Source: Cenococcum geophilum (lineage: Eukaryota). From it: 64,000 bases of DNA. The notes below the pieces were generated by a model. That model saw only the letters and a program-made list of their open reading frames with translations, ran no database searches and was not told the origin of the DNA. Numbering within the stretch: position 1 is the first letter of the stretch; each line of letters starts with the position of its first letter. The translations under genes and the position numbers were made by a program. The stretch spans positions 10,912,001 to 10,976,000 of the forward strand of contig CP158635.1 of assembly GCA_050273025.1 (NCBI GenBank). Direction: 5' to 3'. Shown here in pieces: positions 12,600 to 26,399 of the stretch.

Positions 12600-15040
12600 G
12601 CTCTTAGCGCGCCCGCCCGTAATAGCAAATCTCTTTAGATTAGAGATAATAAAAATAAAGCCTATTAGGGAAGGGCTAAGTAACTTTCACGATTTATTTA
12701 ACTTAGCTTATTAGGATCTAGACATCTCTAGCTCTTTAGACTTATTACACTAGATAGGTAACAAAGGTAATTACTAATATACCCACTATAAGTTTCTATC
12801 TAACGCTTACAGAACTAAAGAATATTTTGCTTAATTTAATACTAACTCTATAGAGCCTTTCCACTTCTTATTTATTACTATCTAATGGCGGTAATAAAAG
12901 CCTTCTTGTTAATCTATTAAGACTTAATTCAGCGGTTAATTTTAACGACTTTAACATTAAGCGGTTCCTGCCCCTTCTAAATATAATCCTTCGGATTAAA
13001 CCTAACAAGGTTATCTAGAAAAAGGCGTATACTACTATAATAGAGTCCACGCCTCCTCCCCGACCGCTACTATTCCATATTTAAACCCCACATCTACGTA
13101 ATATAAGCAGCTTTACTAACTCGTCTAAATATAGGAAATACGTAGATTATGTTCTAAAGGAGGAGCTAGGCCCTCTTTACGTGGGGATTCCTAGCTTATA
13201 TAAAGCATTCTTTAAGGGAGTAGAAGGTCTTAAAGAGGTAAGCGCCGCCGTTTTTAAGAAATGTAAGGAAGGAGATAATCCGCTATACGCTAAGGGCGGC
13301 TAGCATAACTAGCCTAGAAGCACAGAGCAAAATAATATTTTAGAGTGGTTTAATAACCTAATTAAATCATTTTTAGGCTTTATAGAGGAGTATAGGTCCG
13401 CCCTAAAGATATAACAAACGCTTATTGCATATACTAAGCAGCCCTTATAAGGGTCTACAGTAAAGCGAAAGCTAAACATTAGTTTTATAGATGATCTAAT
13501 AGCTAGCAAAAGCTCTTAATGCTATTAGTCGTATATACTTATACCAGAAGAGCTAAAGAGTAATCTAAACACTAATATAGCCTCGTAAGTATGGTTTGAT
13601 TTAGGAAAATATATAAGAGAAGTCTTCGCCGCTTAGGACACTCGTCGCTTTATCCTAGGCTTTACCCTTTATAGATCTATTATACGGCTATAGAAGTATA
13701 ACCGGGTAGGAGGCATCGCATTATTACTATTCGATATTAATAAAGACGGACTATAATTTACCTTAGCGATGTTGGGATTTCTCTAGATAAATAAGGAGTA
13801 GCTTAGGTTTAACCCTACCATTCTAATATCGGACGGCAAGCGATATATTAAGGTCGTGCGTAATAATTAGACTAAGCGTTTTATCCTTAACAAACCTATA
13901 AAGCGGGCACGCTATATCGCCGGTCGAGCGACTACTTACTAAAAAGTATACTGTAAGGGGGACACCTCTAAGATACCCCTCGTTATTAAAGACTTGTGGC
14001 AGTACCTATAGCGTAAGGAAGAAGGCGAACTGCTGCGTAAGGTAATAGGGAAAGAAGTGGTTAACGTGGCCAGGTACTATCACCACAAGACAGTTTATAT
14101 AGGCAGTAAGGAAGATAACATTTATAAAAACGTCCGCAAGGGGCTAGATATTATAAAAGCAACAAACTACAAGCCAGAAGACTTAATAATGCCTCTAAGA
14201 CCGGCTAGAGTGAAAATAAGTATAAGGAAAGGCCGAAGTTCTAGCAGAAATAGGTCGTTTAGCAGAAAGAGGTCGTTTAGCTACACTAACGCCCCATTAC
14301 CGCCTAGCAAGCGCATATATTCGGGCTCTCCGCCTTTAGGCAAAAGGCGCCCTATAACCCTAAATCGAGTACATTAACGCGTTATTACTAGGGACTACGG
14401 AAAGCCTCTTTATAAGGTAAGCTCTTGGGCTGCAATGCTTACTATACTAAAGGGTGGCATTAAAGAATACAAGTCTTTATATACACGGGCCGGCATTATC
14501 TAATATAACATTTTAATAGGCAACCTTATAATAAACAAGAAAGACAACAATCCTTCTTAGCCGGCATTCTTAATTAACTTCAATCTTGCGATTAAGGAGC
14601 AGCAAAAAGGGCCTTTAGGAGCGCGGGGCAAGACCAGCACAAGAGCGTTTATGGCGATTAGAGTGCTCCTAGGCGAGATACACTTAACTTAGTATGATTT
14701 TAAGTCGTTTTTTTAGGTACTATTCTAGATATACATTCACTATAATAGACCTAATAAGAAAGGTAACGTTATTAACAGATTTAATAAGTGGAATTCTATA
14801 GATACGGAAGAGCTAGCTAAAATAAAAAAAGGGGCAGTGGCTAATAAAGAGGATTTTCTTAAGACTGCAGGTGATAACTTTTCACTATACTATTAGCCAC
14901 TAATCTCTTAGGTTAATAGATTACGGAAGGTAGTATTTCTAGGCGGTAGGAGGCAAAAGGGAAAGGATAAAAAACTTCCTTCTTAAATAAAGGAGGTGCT
15001 TTAGGAAGTAAGGAAGGATCTAAAAGTACTAGTAGAGTAG
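12600..15040 (+). pseudogene. FunK1-type fungal protein kinase (Pkinase_fungal), RIP-degraded
   Basis: Recognisable motifs: ELKSN, REVFAAQDTRRFILGFTL, LGFN(D)PTI, IAGRATT, VVNVARYYHH, DYGKPL, LIN(D)FN(D)LAI, GKTS(G)TRAFMAI; many RIP stops; start approximate. Confidence 0.9.
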
Positions 15041-15249
15041 ATAGAATAATATTTTATTGCTCTTTTACTACACAAGTGAAGTTTTACAAAGATTTGGGCG
15101 GCTAAGGCCAGGTAGTAGCCTTAGTTAAAACGTATATAAAATAGCATAGGGCAAGTCGCCAGGGCTAAATAAACCTAGGAAAGTGGATAACCTAATCTTC
15201 CGCCAGATTATCAGGTCCCTATACCCTACCATCCTATATAGGCTTTATG

Positions 15250-16770
15250 TTTCCACAAAATACGCAATCCACTCCCTAGCCTATTAGAAGCAGCCTTATG
15301 CCGCCTAAATAGAGGCTATAAGAGAATAAATCCCTTCCTCTAACCAATCCCCTACTTAAATAAGTCCCCTACTTAAACAAATCCCCTACAGAAGCCAATG
15401 CCTACGTATTTCACCGCCCTATAGAAACTAGTCCCCTACTTTAATAAATCCCCTATGGGATCTAGTCCCCTACTCTAACAAATCCCCTACGCTAACAAAT
15501 CCCCTATGCTAACGAATCCCCTGCTTTAATAAATCCCCTACTCTAACAAATCCCTTACTCTAATAAATCCCCTATAGGTGCTAATACCTACGTGTTCCGC
15601 CGCCCTATAGGAACCAATCCCCTATAGCTTATATTCCTATACGGCTTTTACTCCCCTATAGGAGCTATTAGCTACGTTTACTACTCCCCTACGGGAACCA
15701 ATCCCCTACGGCTCCCGTTCTTATATCCTAAACTAAAATTATTATCTAGTATACAGTAACCGTATTTTCTACTACCCTATAAGAACTATACCCTATAGCT
15801 TTTACTCCCTTATAGGAACTAATAGCGATTTCTTCCGCTCCCCTATGGAAACTAATCTCCTATAGCTTGCGGATCTCTACGGAGATTAACACCCACTTTC
15901 TTCGTCACCTTATAGCTTTTAATTCCTTATAGAAACTAACGCTTATATCTTCCACTCCCCTATAGGAACTAATGCCCTACGGCTTCCGTTCTCCTATTCC
16001 CTAATCTACTAGCAATTTGCCCGCGCCATAGCCTACCGTATAGGCCTTATTATTATAGGAGTAAGCAAGTATATAGGCTTATGCCCCGTATAGGAATGAA
16101 AGCCATTTACGCACTAGTTACCCGCAATTACGGTTTCAGGAGGGTAGTAGGCACTTTGGGTCATCTAGTTATATTTGTTAAAATATGGGCCTATAACTAT
16201 AGAAGACACTATTACTTATACGGAAGTACCACAGCTGCTATAAGCATTGGCCTAGCCCAGTATATAAATCTAAACGCGAAAGGAAGCGCAGCAGCCTAGG
16301 TGGCTTTATTAAGCTCCTATATATATATCTCCAATTACTTTAAAGCTTCCTTTCTACCTTCCATAAACGCTATATCGCCGGAACAGGCTCTAGACCTTAT
16401 TAATGCTCCCTTATACTTAAGTTCCGCCAAAATTACTCTGCTACTACGGTAGCTAGGTTTGCCTAAAAAAAGCCAATTAAATAAATTATACATAGGAACC
16501 GTAAGCCGGCGAATATTGGGCACAATATATACAATGGCGATAATTTTACAAATCTTTAAGATGTTAGGGACCTGCTCACCTAATATATAGGCAATTACTT
16601 ACCTTTACCTCTCTTAAATTTTCTTCTTTCCATCCTATATAGGAGACCTTTCCTCTTTTCTCTTCCTTAAAGATAGTTTCCCCTACTATTGAAACCTAAT
16701 AGATCGAAGTTTTGCCTATATTGGACGTATCTATTATAAGAATAGGTATCTAAGAGTAGTAATTAGATTA
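15250..16770 (-). pseudogene. RIP-degraded intron-containing gene with C-terminal repeat region
   Basis: GTAAGT..CTAAC..AAG intron at about 16555-16600 joins frames; the downstream frame runs towards the repeats at 15340-15990. Confidence 0.45.
15340..15990. repeat. Degenerate tandem repeats with core AACMAATCCCCTAC
   Basis: Many copies of aatcccctac-like units with ~15-20 bp spacing and longer composite units. Confidence 0.8.
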
Positions 16771-17317
16771 TTAATAATATAGAAGGGGTGGGTTATATAC
16801 TGCTTGCCTCTAGCGGGTGTGTTATAGTTGCTAGCCTTTAGAGGTCTTTAAAGGTCTTTAAAAGTCTTTAGAGGTCCTTAGAGGCCTTTAATAGTCTATT
16901 TATACATTAGTCGGTGAAATACTAAGCGGAGGCTATGCATACATGTCTATAAGGCCGAGCTATATAACAATTCTTATTGGAGTAACAAGAGCGTATATAG
17001 ACTTAAGCTGGGCTGTAAACGATATAAAATGCGAAGTTGCGCGTAAAGGTAGCCTAAATCCGAATTACTAAACCGCATAAACATGGGAAGACGCCACTTA
17101 CTCTACATTTTTATTCTTGCGTACAAAGAAGTTCCCGCTATATGCTATAGGTGGTGAAGATCAGTAAAGGTTTTAACTTAACTCGGGGTTGCTAAATAGT
17201 AAGAAAGGGGTAAATAGATATATTGCACCCTAGCTTATAAAACTTAGGTATATTGCCCCCTAGCTACCCTAGTTACCTAACTACAATGAAAGCTTGCAGA
17301 TATATATAAGATAATAA

Positions 17318-18550
17318 TGTTCTTAACAGCCCCCACCCCTAATTGTCCTTAGAGAGATCTTTAGAACTACTCCTTTTCCTAGCCTAGTTTACGACGTTTG
17401 GATTAACTCGTGATATAGCAACTACTAAATTTATTTTATAACTTGTAGACCTTGCTAAAAAGCTTAAACAGGTTATTAAAAGTGTCCTATACTCTTATAT
17501 ACATCCTATAAAAAGCAACTATTAAACGATTAAGGATTTAGGTATAAGGCTTTTCAAGGCTATAGCAAAGCTCCTAGTGGAGATTAAAGTACTTAAAAAA
17601 AGACGTACAGAGTTGGCTTATGAGGAGGGCAAATAGCGGTTAAATTAGGCATAAGAGAACAGAAAAGACACTATTACTAGATTAAACTTAAAGAATTGAG
17701 GGATATTCGGAAAAAATATAGCACTTTTCTTTAGCGGTCTAAAGGATTTAGTTATTGATTTAAACGTAATCTAAATAAGGAAGTAGGTGACCCGAGAAAG
17801 GTATAAGTAGATTTATAGCCTAAGTTCTAACGGGATAATTTCCTAGGTAGCGGCCTTTAACCCTACCGTATGGATGGCAAATTTAATATCAAAGGATATA
17901 TTTAACTTTGTAGTCAAGCGGATTGACCTAGAGGATATTTAGGTATAGCTATCCGATATATATTATATACTAAATAGTTTAGGAACTAAAGAGCCGTTAC
18001 AAGAATCCTAAAAATATTATAAGTTCCTAAAAGGTAAGGTCTACTTTAGTGAGAACTTTTAAGCACGAAGCTAACGGCTACTAGCCGCCACAGAAGACAG
18101 GGAAAAACTTATAGTATTAAATCAGTTAAGGAAACGGAGGCGTATTAATAAGCCTGTATATAGACGTAAGTAGGATTTACCTTCGTTGCATTAAAGGCTG
18201 TGCTAACAATATATACTGTAGAAATTCAATACATATTTATAAACGCGCCCACCAATTATATCCCCCTTTTAGGCGACTTTCTTTCCAAGGCAGTCTAGAC
18301 TAGCAATTAATGGGAAAAGAAAAGAAGACTAGGACTTCCGATAATAGAATATTTAACTACGCTAATTCCTAAGGGAGAAAACATAGATATCTCTATTACC
18401 CTCTAGGTTAGTTATCGAGAGGCGGTTCTAATATATGACTTATTTAAGCTCTAGTGGACTTAGGTGTTATCTTTACCTAGCCATCTATTACCTTAACCTC
18501 ACACCTAGTAGGAACAGGATGCGATTTATTCTATATAATATCTTTAAGTA
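17318..18550 (+). pseudogene. RIP-degraded unknown protein gene with intron
   Basis: Long frame with RIP stops (AFNPTVWMANLISKDIFNFVVKRIDLED...); GTAAGT..GCTAAC..TAG intron about 18166-18220. Confidence 0.5.
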
Positions 18551-19299
18551 GTCTAGTGCCTTTAGGTGCTTTAGGATTAGAGATCCTAATTAATACGCCT
18601 CTAAATATTATTATTTAGTTATAATCTACCGTATCGAATATATAAAATAATATATAGTCTAGCTTTTCTCTCTCCCTAACCTGTATATAAATCCCAAGTT
18701 AGCTTAAAGTTTATTTAACTAGGTTTAGCTTTAATAGACCTTTCTAGATATAATAAATTATATAAAGGTATAACTCTAAGAGGGAATATGTTGCTAGTAG
18801 ATAGATAGTATAAATTTAGACAAAGCTAAGCTCTATCTAAAAGTAATATACGTTCTCTATATAGGTTTACGCTATTAAAAAGGACCTAAAGTAGGGGGGA
18901 ATAACAACCTAAGGATCGTGGGTAAGGGCGTTAAAGTCGTTATAAAAATAGGCCCTAGGAGGTTTTGGTAGGAAATATACTAGTTAAAAAGTAAATAAAG
19001 GCTATATCTTATGTAATAGACTTAGCAGCCTATTCTATTAGCTAAGGAAGAATTAGTGTAGGTAATGGTAAGTATATAGCTTCTGCGCGATAAAGAGATT
19101 AAAGAGGTATAAAAGAAGTAGATTATATACTTAAATAGAGCGGAGTAAAAAGGATTTAAGAATATAAATAAGTTATAAAGTCTAATAGGCGTATAAGTAC
19201 TCGAGGCATTGGTGCCCGATAAGAGATTAACGTAAAAATAATTTGGGCGGCGTTGGCTTAGCCTAGCTTACGCCCCACTCTATATAACTAGCGAGTATT

Positions 19300-21330
19300 A
19301 GCCTCTACAAAAAAAGTCGGCTTTATATCTAGTAAAGAAGAAAAATTAAGGCGTCTATAATTATAGCAGCGGTAGAATTAGAGAAGCTTTTTAATGTATA
19401 GTCTTTTACCGCAGTTAGTATAGCGTCTATTAACCTGGCGTAATGCGTACTAAATACTATATATACACGCGTATAAAACTAGGCTCAATTCCATATACCT
19501 ACTTTTACCTACTATATTAGAATTAGTTCCATAACCGCCTTTCATATAACCAGTAGTAAAAGGCCAAGTTAAACAAGATCACCCTCTTATACTTAAGCAC
19601 TATATTCTGCTTTCTGCAGATATTTTTAAGCGCCTTTATAATATCCTATTTTTATACTAGGATTAGCAAAGGAAGTATAGTTCTTTTTACGTAATTTCCT
19701 AATTATATATAGTATATTCTTAGCACAATAAAATTTAATAGCTAAGCCCCTAAATAGATTAACTAACCAAACGCTTGGTACTATAGAAGGCCTAAGCTTA
19801 GTAAATGGCGTACGCTAGCCTGCTTAGCGAGAGCTCTTTTATAATAACTTGGTCCTAAACTTAAGCTAAACACATTTATAAATTGTCATCCCATCTAGAC
19901 CCTCCGCTAAACTCTCTGCCGTAACTATCCTATCGCAGTATAATGGAATTTAACTCCAATACAGCTAGGGTATTCTGCTATGCTAAAGTATATATCTAAC
20001 TACTTTTTTAGTATTATAAAGAGGGATAAAGACAATAATCCTAACGCTTATATGCTACTCTAGTAGTATTATATTATATTCGCCTATTCCCCGGCCAGGA
20101 TTTCCTTTAAAGTTCCCTTATAGATAGCTTTTATGCAAAATCTAATAATCCTATTACGTGACTTATGTTTATCCTCTATATACCATCCTTTTATATACCG
20201 CCTATTTTGGTTTCTATTTTGGATAATCCTATATTCTATAACCCTTATTTCTTCCTTTATAATATCATTCTATCCTTTAGGGAAATTTTAAAGGCGGCCT
20301 AGTAGTAGAGATCTAAGCTTAATCTAGACTTAGTCCTATTTATAGTTAATCTAAAAGATAGTCTAGATAGGAGAGAAACCTACTTTAAAGTCTTTAAATT
20401 CTTTCTGCCATTCTATGCTACCTACCGTATATCCTATATTATTAGCAAACTCCCTTTTATTTACTAGGATACGCTATATAGATAGTTAGAAAATACATAT
20501 ATAAAGAAAGATTTTTAGATAATCTTAATATTCTAGTATAGGGACTTCCTCCTTTATCTCGAACCCGCATTTAGTATAGAAAGTCTCGCTACCTATTACG
20601 GAAGAAACGTTAAGCGGAATACTATTAAGAACCAAAATCGCTTTAAACTAGTACGTAAAGGCTTTAGCGTACCTACGCCCTTAATATTTTGGGTACAGTG
20701 CCAGCGTTTAAAGTATATAGTAAGGCCTAGATTCATAGAGCCACCTATTATTTAGGTAAAAGGTTTAGAATTAATCCTAAGATTTAAGGGGGCAAGGTAT
20801 TATACTTTAACTTAGCTAAATTAGTACATTTCGCATAGAGCAACATAGCTTCTTTACTCTCGTCTCGCTTTAGGTTTAGGACTTCCTCCTATAATTTATT
20901 AATATCTGCGCTAGTGTTAATAAAGCCCTACAATCGCTATAACACTTAATAATATTTACTTTCCGGCTAGAATTGCCCGCTCTAATTAGAACCTTTTAGT
21001 AGGGATAAAATCGCAACACCAACAATTACAGATTTAGCATTCTCGATGGGCGGATATATACCTTTAAGTGCGTCATAAACCATCTCATGCTTATCGTTTT
21101 TAAAAGCATCGTCTATAACAAGTACGATTTTATTTAGATTTTAAATTTCTTGTCCAAAAAGGTTTTTAAAGCTCGTTAGTGTATCTCCTAGAAATTTGGC
21201 ATAGTGTGGTCTCTAATATTTCCATATAGGGGAGGAAAAGTATACGGCAGTGGCAATAAGTGCCATTTATTTTGCCTTAGAGACCTCTACCTTATAAAGA
21301 CGCCCTAAAATAGGCGCTTTAAACATTGCT
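19300..21330 (-). pseudogene. RIP-degraded unknown ~650-aa protein gene
   Basis: A single minus frame traced over ~800 bp with only RIP-type stops (NKIVLVIDDAFKNDKHEMVYDALKGIYPPIENAK...); family not recognised. Confidence 0.5.
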
Positions 21331-22899
21331 AACTAACTTTCTCTCTATATAGGGAGAACGTGACTTAAAGAAGAGTAGTAGGAGAAACAGTTTTAGAAAG
21401 TATGTAAAGATTAAAAGGACTCTAAAAATTGCTATAAAGCAAAGAAAGGGTAAATATACTTAGCGCGGGCTAATAAGGTTTAACTCCTGTAGACCAATTA
21501 CTAGATCATGCTAGGAATTATAGCGTGGAGATTAAAGCTAAGTATCCTTTTATATTAGTCTACGGTTATATAATTTCCAATTAGGCGGGAGAAAGGGAGC
21601 ATTATTTATAAGATAGGTTTGCTAGTCGCTATTATAAGGGTATAGAATAAATATGTCTCAGCGTGCATATAGGGCGAAAATTAATAAACTTAGGTAGCTA
21701 GGGTAGATAAGGGGCTATACACCTAGTCCTAGAAGTAAGGACTCTAATAGTATACATTCCTATAACGCATCTCCTTTATTATCTCCTATCTTAGTCGCGT
21801 ATTAAGTAGTATATATATACTATAAATTCCAGAATAGCTCTAACATTAGAATCCACACATTGCCCATACTTCACCTAGACGGAAAATTGTTGTCATTACC
21901 TTATAAAATATACGACTATATTTAAATGGCGCTTAAATACGGCCATTTCATTAATAGAGTAAAAACATAGTGCTTAAAATACTAAAAGACCTGCAAACTA
22001 TATCCTCCTAACGTTATAAAAATGTAAGTATAGAGACCTTCTAATCCAATCTAAGGTTATTGCTTACGGCATGATTTAGAGATAACTACCCGGATAGAAA
22101 CTGCCGTAAGCTTTAAAACAGCTAAAAAGATTAGGCGGTCGGCTTATTAAAACGCACAGCGGACTATTAATTAAAATTACAGATAGAGCAGAGGATATAA
22201 TTTAGCTAAAAGGTGTTATAAAGAAACTATTTAAAACCAGCCAGACATTCTTATATTAGGGTATATTTTACAAGTCTAAACCTTTAGAAATTTACCTTTT
22301 ATATCAGCTCCTCTCGCAATTCCTTAGCAATCTCTTAGCAATCCTATTACAGCCCCATGACAACCTTATAAGACTCTTATATAACTCCTACATAACTCCT
22401 TTAAGACTCCTATAGGACTCTTATAGGACTCCTATAGGAATCCCCTAGCAATCCCACGGCAATCCCTAGGACCTCCATCTCTAAAATCCACTTATTATTT
22501 TAGAGGACAGACGTTAGCACCTAAACTAGGTTATTTTCCGTCTAAACCTAACCTTCCTTATTTTTAAACTAAGAGTCTAATACCTACTAGACCTTTAGTT
22601 GCCCCTAGTCTAATCAAGGTACCAATTTCATAGCCCCTGCTTTATAACTAGTACGTTCCTCTAGATTTCACTACTAGTGTTTTCTAGTATATAAGAATTT
22701 AACCACTTCTTTAAGGATGTCATTTTAGCTTAAGCTTAAGCTTAAGTCTTCTTCGATCTTGGCTTAAAGCAGTTAAATCTAGTAAGCGTCACCTAGAGGT
22801 TTAATAAAACAAGCTTATATATATTTAAGCTAGAGATATTAAATATTAATAGTTAGTTATTAAAGTCGATATGCGATAATATTCATTAATCTTACTAGG

Positions 22900-23720
22900 T
22901 AAAGCATTATATATACTAGAGGCTTTAGATTATAGCTATGCCCCACTAAACCTACCCCACGCGGCTTAAAATTTTAAGTAGTAAAACAACAACAACTTTA
23001 AACCAACGGCAGAACGACTAAGTAACAAGTATATAGATATTAAAGTCGTTAAACGTAGTAGGCAAGGGCTCTTTATAAAAGAAGATCTTGGTAAGGCTTT
23101 ATAAGCTTTTATAAAAGACGGGTTTCTTATTCTTAAAAGAGCTATAAGCATTAAGCCCCCTTTAGCGGAGTTATTAGAGTTATTAAGCTTTATTAAAAGG
23201 GAGATTGTCTTAAATAAGGTAAGCTATTTCTGAAGTTTGTAAGCGAGACTAATATCCCTCTAGGCTATTAAAATAATACTTTTCTTAGCTTAAGATAATG
23301 GCTTTTATATTGCCGCCTGCCTTCTATTTAAACCTACTCTAACCCGCGAAGAGTTAAGGCGCGATTATAAATAGAAAAAAATGGCTTCTGTTAAAGATCT
23401 TATAGGGGCTATATACTATTATTTAGGAGGAGATTAAAATGTTATATAGATATTCCAGGTTAATATATATTCTTGTAAAGTAGCTACTAAGAAAATAGTA
23501 GATATTAAGGCTAATAGAGGTAATATATATATACTCTTAAACCCTATAAATATTTTCGCATTTACTAAACTTCCTCTAGCTTTATTTGCTATTACTAGCT
23601 ATTATAGTTAAGACCTTTCCTTAAGAATAAACTACCTTCCCTAGTGTACGCGATTATGGTTTTATATATATAGACCGGGTATCCTAGGCGCGGAGTGCTA
23701 GATAATCGAACTAGTAATAA
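22900..23720 (+). pseudogene. RIP-degraded unknown gene
   Basis: Protein-like frame (AFIKDGFLILKRAISIK) and intron-like GTAAGC..CTAAT..TAG at about 23219-23262. Confidence 0.3.
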
Positions 23721-23749
23721 GATTCTAGAGCAGTTTGGAAATAATTGCT

Positions 23750-25400
23750 TTAGAAGTAGTAAATATATAGTTTAAAAGCGGTAACTATATTAAGTAGCAC
23801 GTAAAAGGAATAAAGATCACCGCTTATAGCTAGCTATAGATTCTCCTATATATCCCTCTACCGAAGTATTAAATATTACTTTAAGCCTAGACGAGAACTA
23901 ATAGCGTATAATTAAAAGTAGATTTAGTTTAAAAGGAGGGCAATTAAGCGAGCTTAGGAGGCGGTTTTATAAGTCACGCTAATACGCTTTAGTCAGTGCT
24001 AGGCTATAGCGGGGATTTTAAAAGGCTTACGCCAGGCCTATAATATTTAAGTCTAGATTAAAGAGTAATATATTCGTTATACTAGGACCCTCTAGGGAGA
24101 ATAACTACTATATTGACTTTAATAGAAGGTTAAAGGGTGTCGCGTTAAACGTATTCTAATAAAATAACCATACTTCTGCCGGAGAATTAGAGGGTGCCGC
24201 ATTTAACGGGTTTAAATCGTCCTAGGAGGATAGCGGCTGCATTAGTTCTAGCAAATTATTAAAGGGCGTGGCATTAAACGTATTCCAGTAAAATAACTGC
24301 ACTTGCCCTATTATATTTAAAGTGTTCCAGTTATCCTATAGGGGCGGCTACTATATTAGCTCTTATAGATCGTCAAATGGAGTAGCATTAAACGTGTTCC
24401 AATGAAATAACCGTACTTACTCCGCTAAAGAATTAGTGGCTACCGTACTTAACGAGCTCGAATTGCCCTAGGAGAATAGCGGCTGCATCGGCTCCAGTAA
24501 ATTATTAAAGGGCGTAGCATTAAATGTGTCCTAATTGCGATTAAAGGGCGTAGCATCAAATGTATTCTAATTAGGCGGTTGCACTAGTTCCGCTAGAGAA
24601 CTTAAGGGTGCTATACTTAACGTGCGCCCAAACAGCTCTCTATATAGCTACGATGCTAATTACTTAAACTCTACTTAAGAACTAGAGGGCGTTACCTTAA
24701 ATTTATAAATATTTATATGCCAGGTAAAACTTAATAGTTTTTAGAATTCTTATTTGTATATATAGCAGTATTTATCCAGTTAACTCTTTCCTTTATAGAA
24801 CTTCCTTATATGTTTCTAGACATTATATAACTTGCTAAAACAGCAAATGCAGAATAGATAAGGAAATTTCTTTAAAGGCTCTTTCTTCTTTTTAAGAGAT
24901 AATATACAATTTATAGCTTATATATTATTCTCAGTCCGATAATACTTAGCATTCCGCTTACTTTAGTAAGGTTTAAAGATTGCAGAGTGACCGCGTTTTC
25001 GCATTAGAGGTATTATAACGTATAGGGTTGTACTAAATTCCTAAGTTTTAGTAGATAGAGATTAGATAGGTTCTATTACTTATAATTCCTACACCTCTAA
25101 ATACGTGTTCTGCTTAGTATAGAAGAGATATCTATAGTTCCTACTATATAGGGGACCGAAGGCTTTAAACTATCCCTACTATAGTTAATAACAAATACTC
25201 GTTATTTGCGCAGGAGGCTGCTAGGTACTATAGGGGAATTAGCGCAGATCTCTAAGGTCGCGGACTTTATTAAGCTTCGTTACTAAGTAAAGAGGCTGCC
25301 CATAATTAGGAGGAATTGTAATACTAAAGGAGTCGTTATACGGATACTAAGGAAGGTAAAACTAGGGCTTATTGTCGGCGAAACTATAGAATAGGGAAAG
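23750..25400 (-). pseudogene. RIP-degraded gene with zinc-finger-like segment and repeated (D/N)ATPF(D/N) motifs
   Basis: Minus strand has repeated aatgctacgccctttaat-like units (24100-24710) and a KFPxLFCxxCFSKLQCLETx segment about 24810-24870. Confidence 0.45.
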
Positions 25401-26399
25401 ATTAGGAAGAATAAGAGAGATATAATAAGTAAGAATCCGGGTAATGCGCGTTATGTTAGTATGTTATATACAGGCTGTAGGGGCTAAGCTTATTAAATAG
25501 AGAATTACGAGCCGCTAGGGCGAGAGTATTAGAAATAAAAAGCGTGCCAAGCAAGCCTATACCTTAGTAAAAGAGGTACTTAGAGACATTAAGGCCTAAA
25601 AAGGCGTATATAAAAGAAGGCGGCATTATAGATACGGCTGTTAAAACTGATCTTAAGACCCTAGCCACTCTCGCTACCTTTTTTTAGCTTAAGGAGGCTG
25701 GTTTCCTAAGGCGCTGCTAAAGTTATAGAGGAGTCCTATATAAGTTATATAGAAGTCCCAGAGGAGTTATAGAGGAGTTATAGAGGAGTCCTAGAAGATT
25801 CCTAGAGGATTGCTAAGAGATTGCCATTAAGGGGTACAATATTCTATAAAGGTAGTTAGAGGGAATTAGGCTATAACCTAGCCTTACAGCCGCCCTATTA
25901 CCCTACTACCCTATTACGCTATTGCCTTATCGCCTTATTACCTTCTTACCCTTTTTTACTTTAGTTAACCTCTTTATTAGCAGAACACCTCTACTTTTTA
26001 AAACAATGTATAAACTTCCTGTTGTAGCATTTATTAGCGCTAAGTTTATTTATTTACTTATTCTTAGTTAAGTAGTGCTTTTATAGCTTCGTTTACTAAC
26101 CACCTCACGGCATTCTCTCCGCTTTTAAATAATTTTTTACTTCCTCCCTCTCCAAACTACTTTTAGAGTCTCCCTTTATTACTAGCTTAAAAACATCTCT
26201 CCTATTTTAGCCAAGTTATTATACGTATTATTGGAGCTGTCCTAGTGTACTAGACTAGCTATTAAGGTTTATACGTGCAGCCTTTTAAAGTAAATTACTA
26301 ACTAAAAATTAGGCTTTATTTTTGTGGAGATTCTATATAAATATTCCAAAAACTATTTTTAATAAGGATTTCCCAGTCGTTACCAGCATTACTATACTT

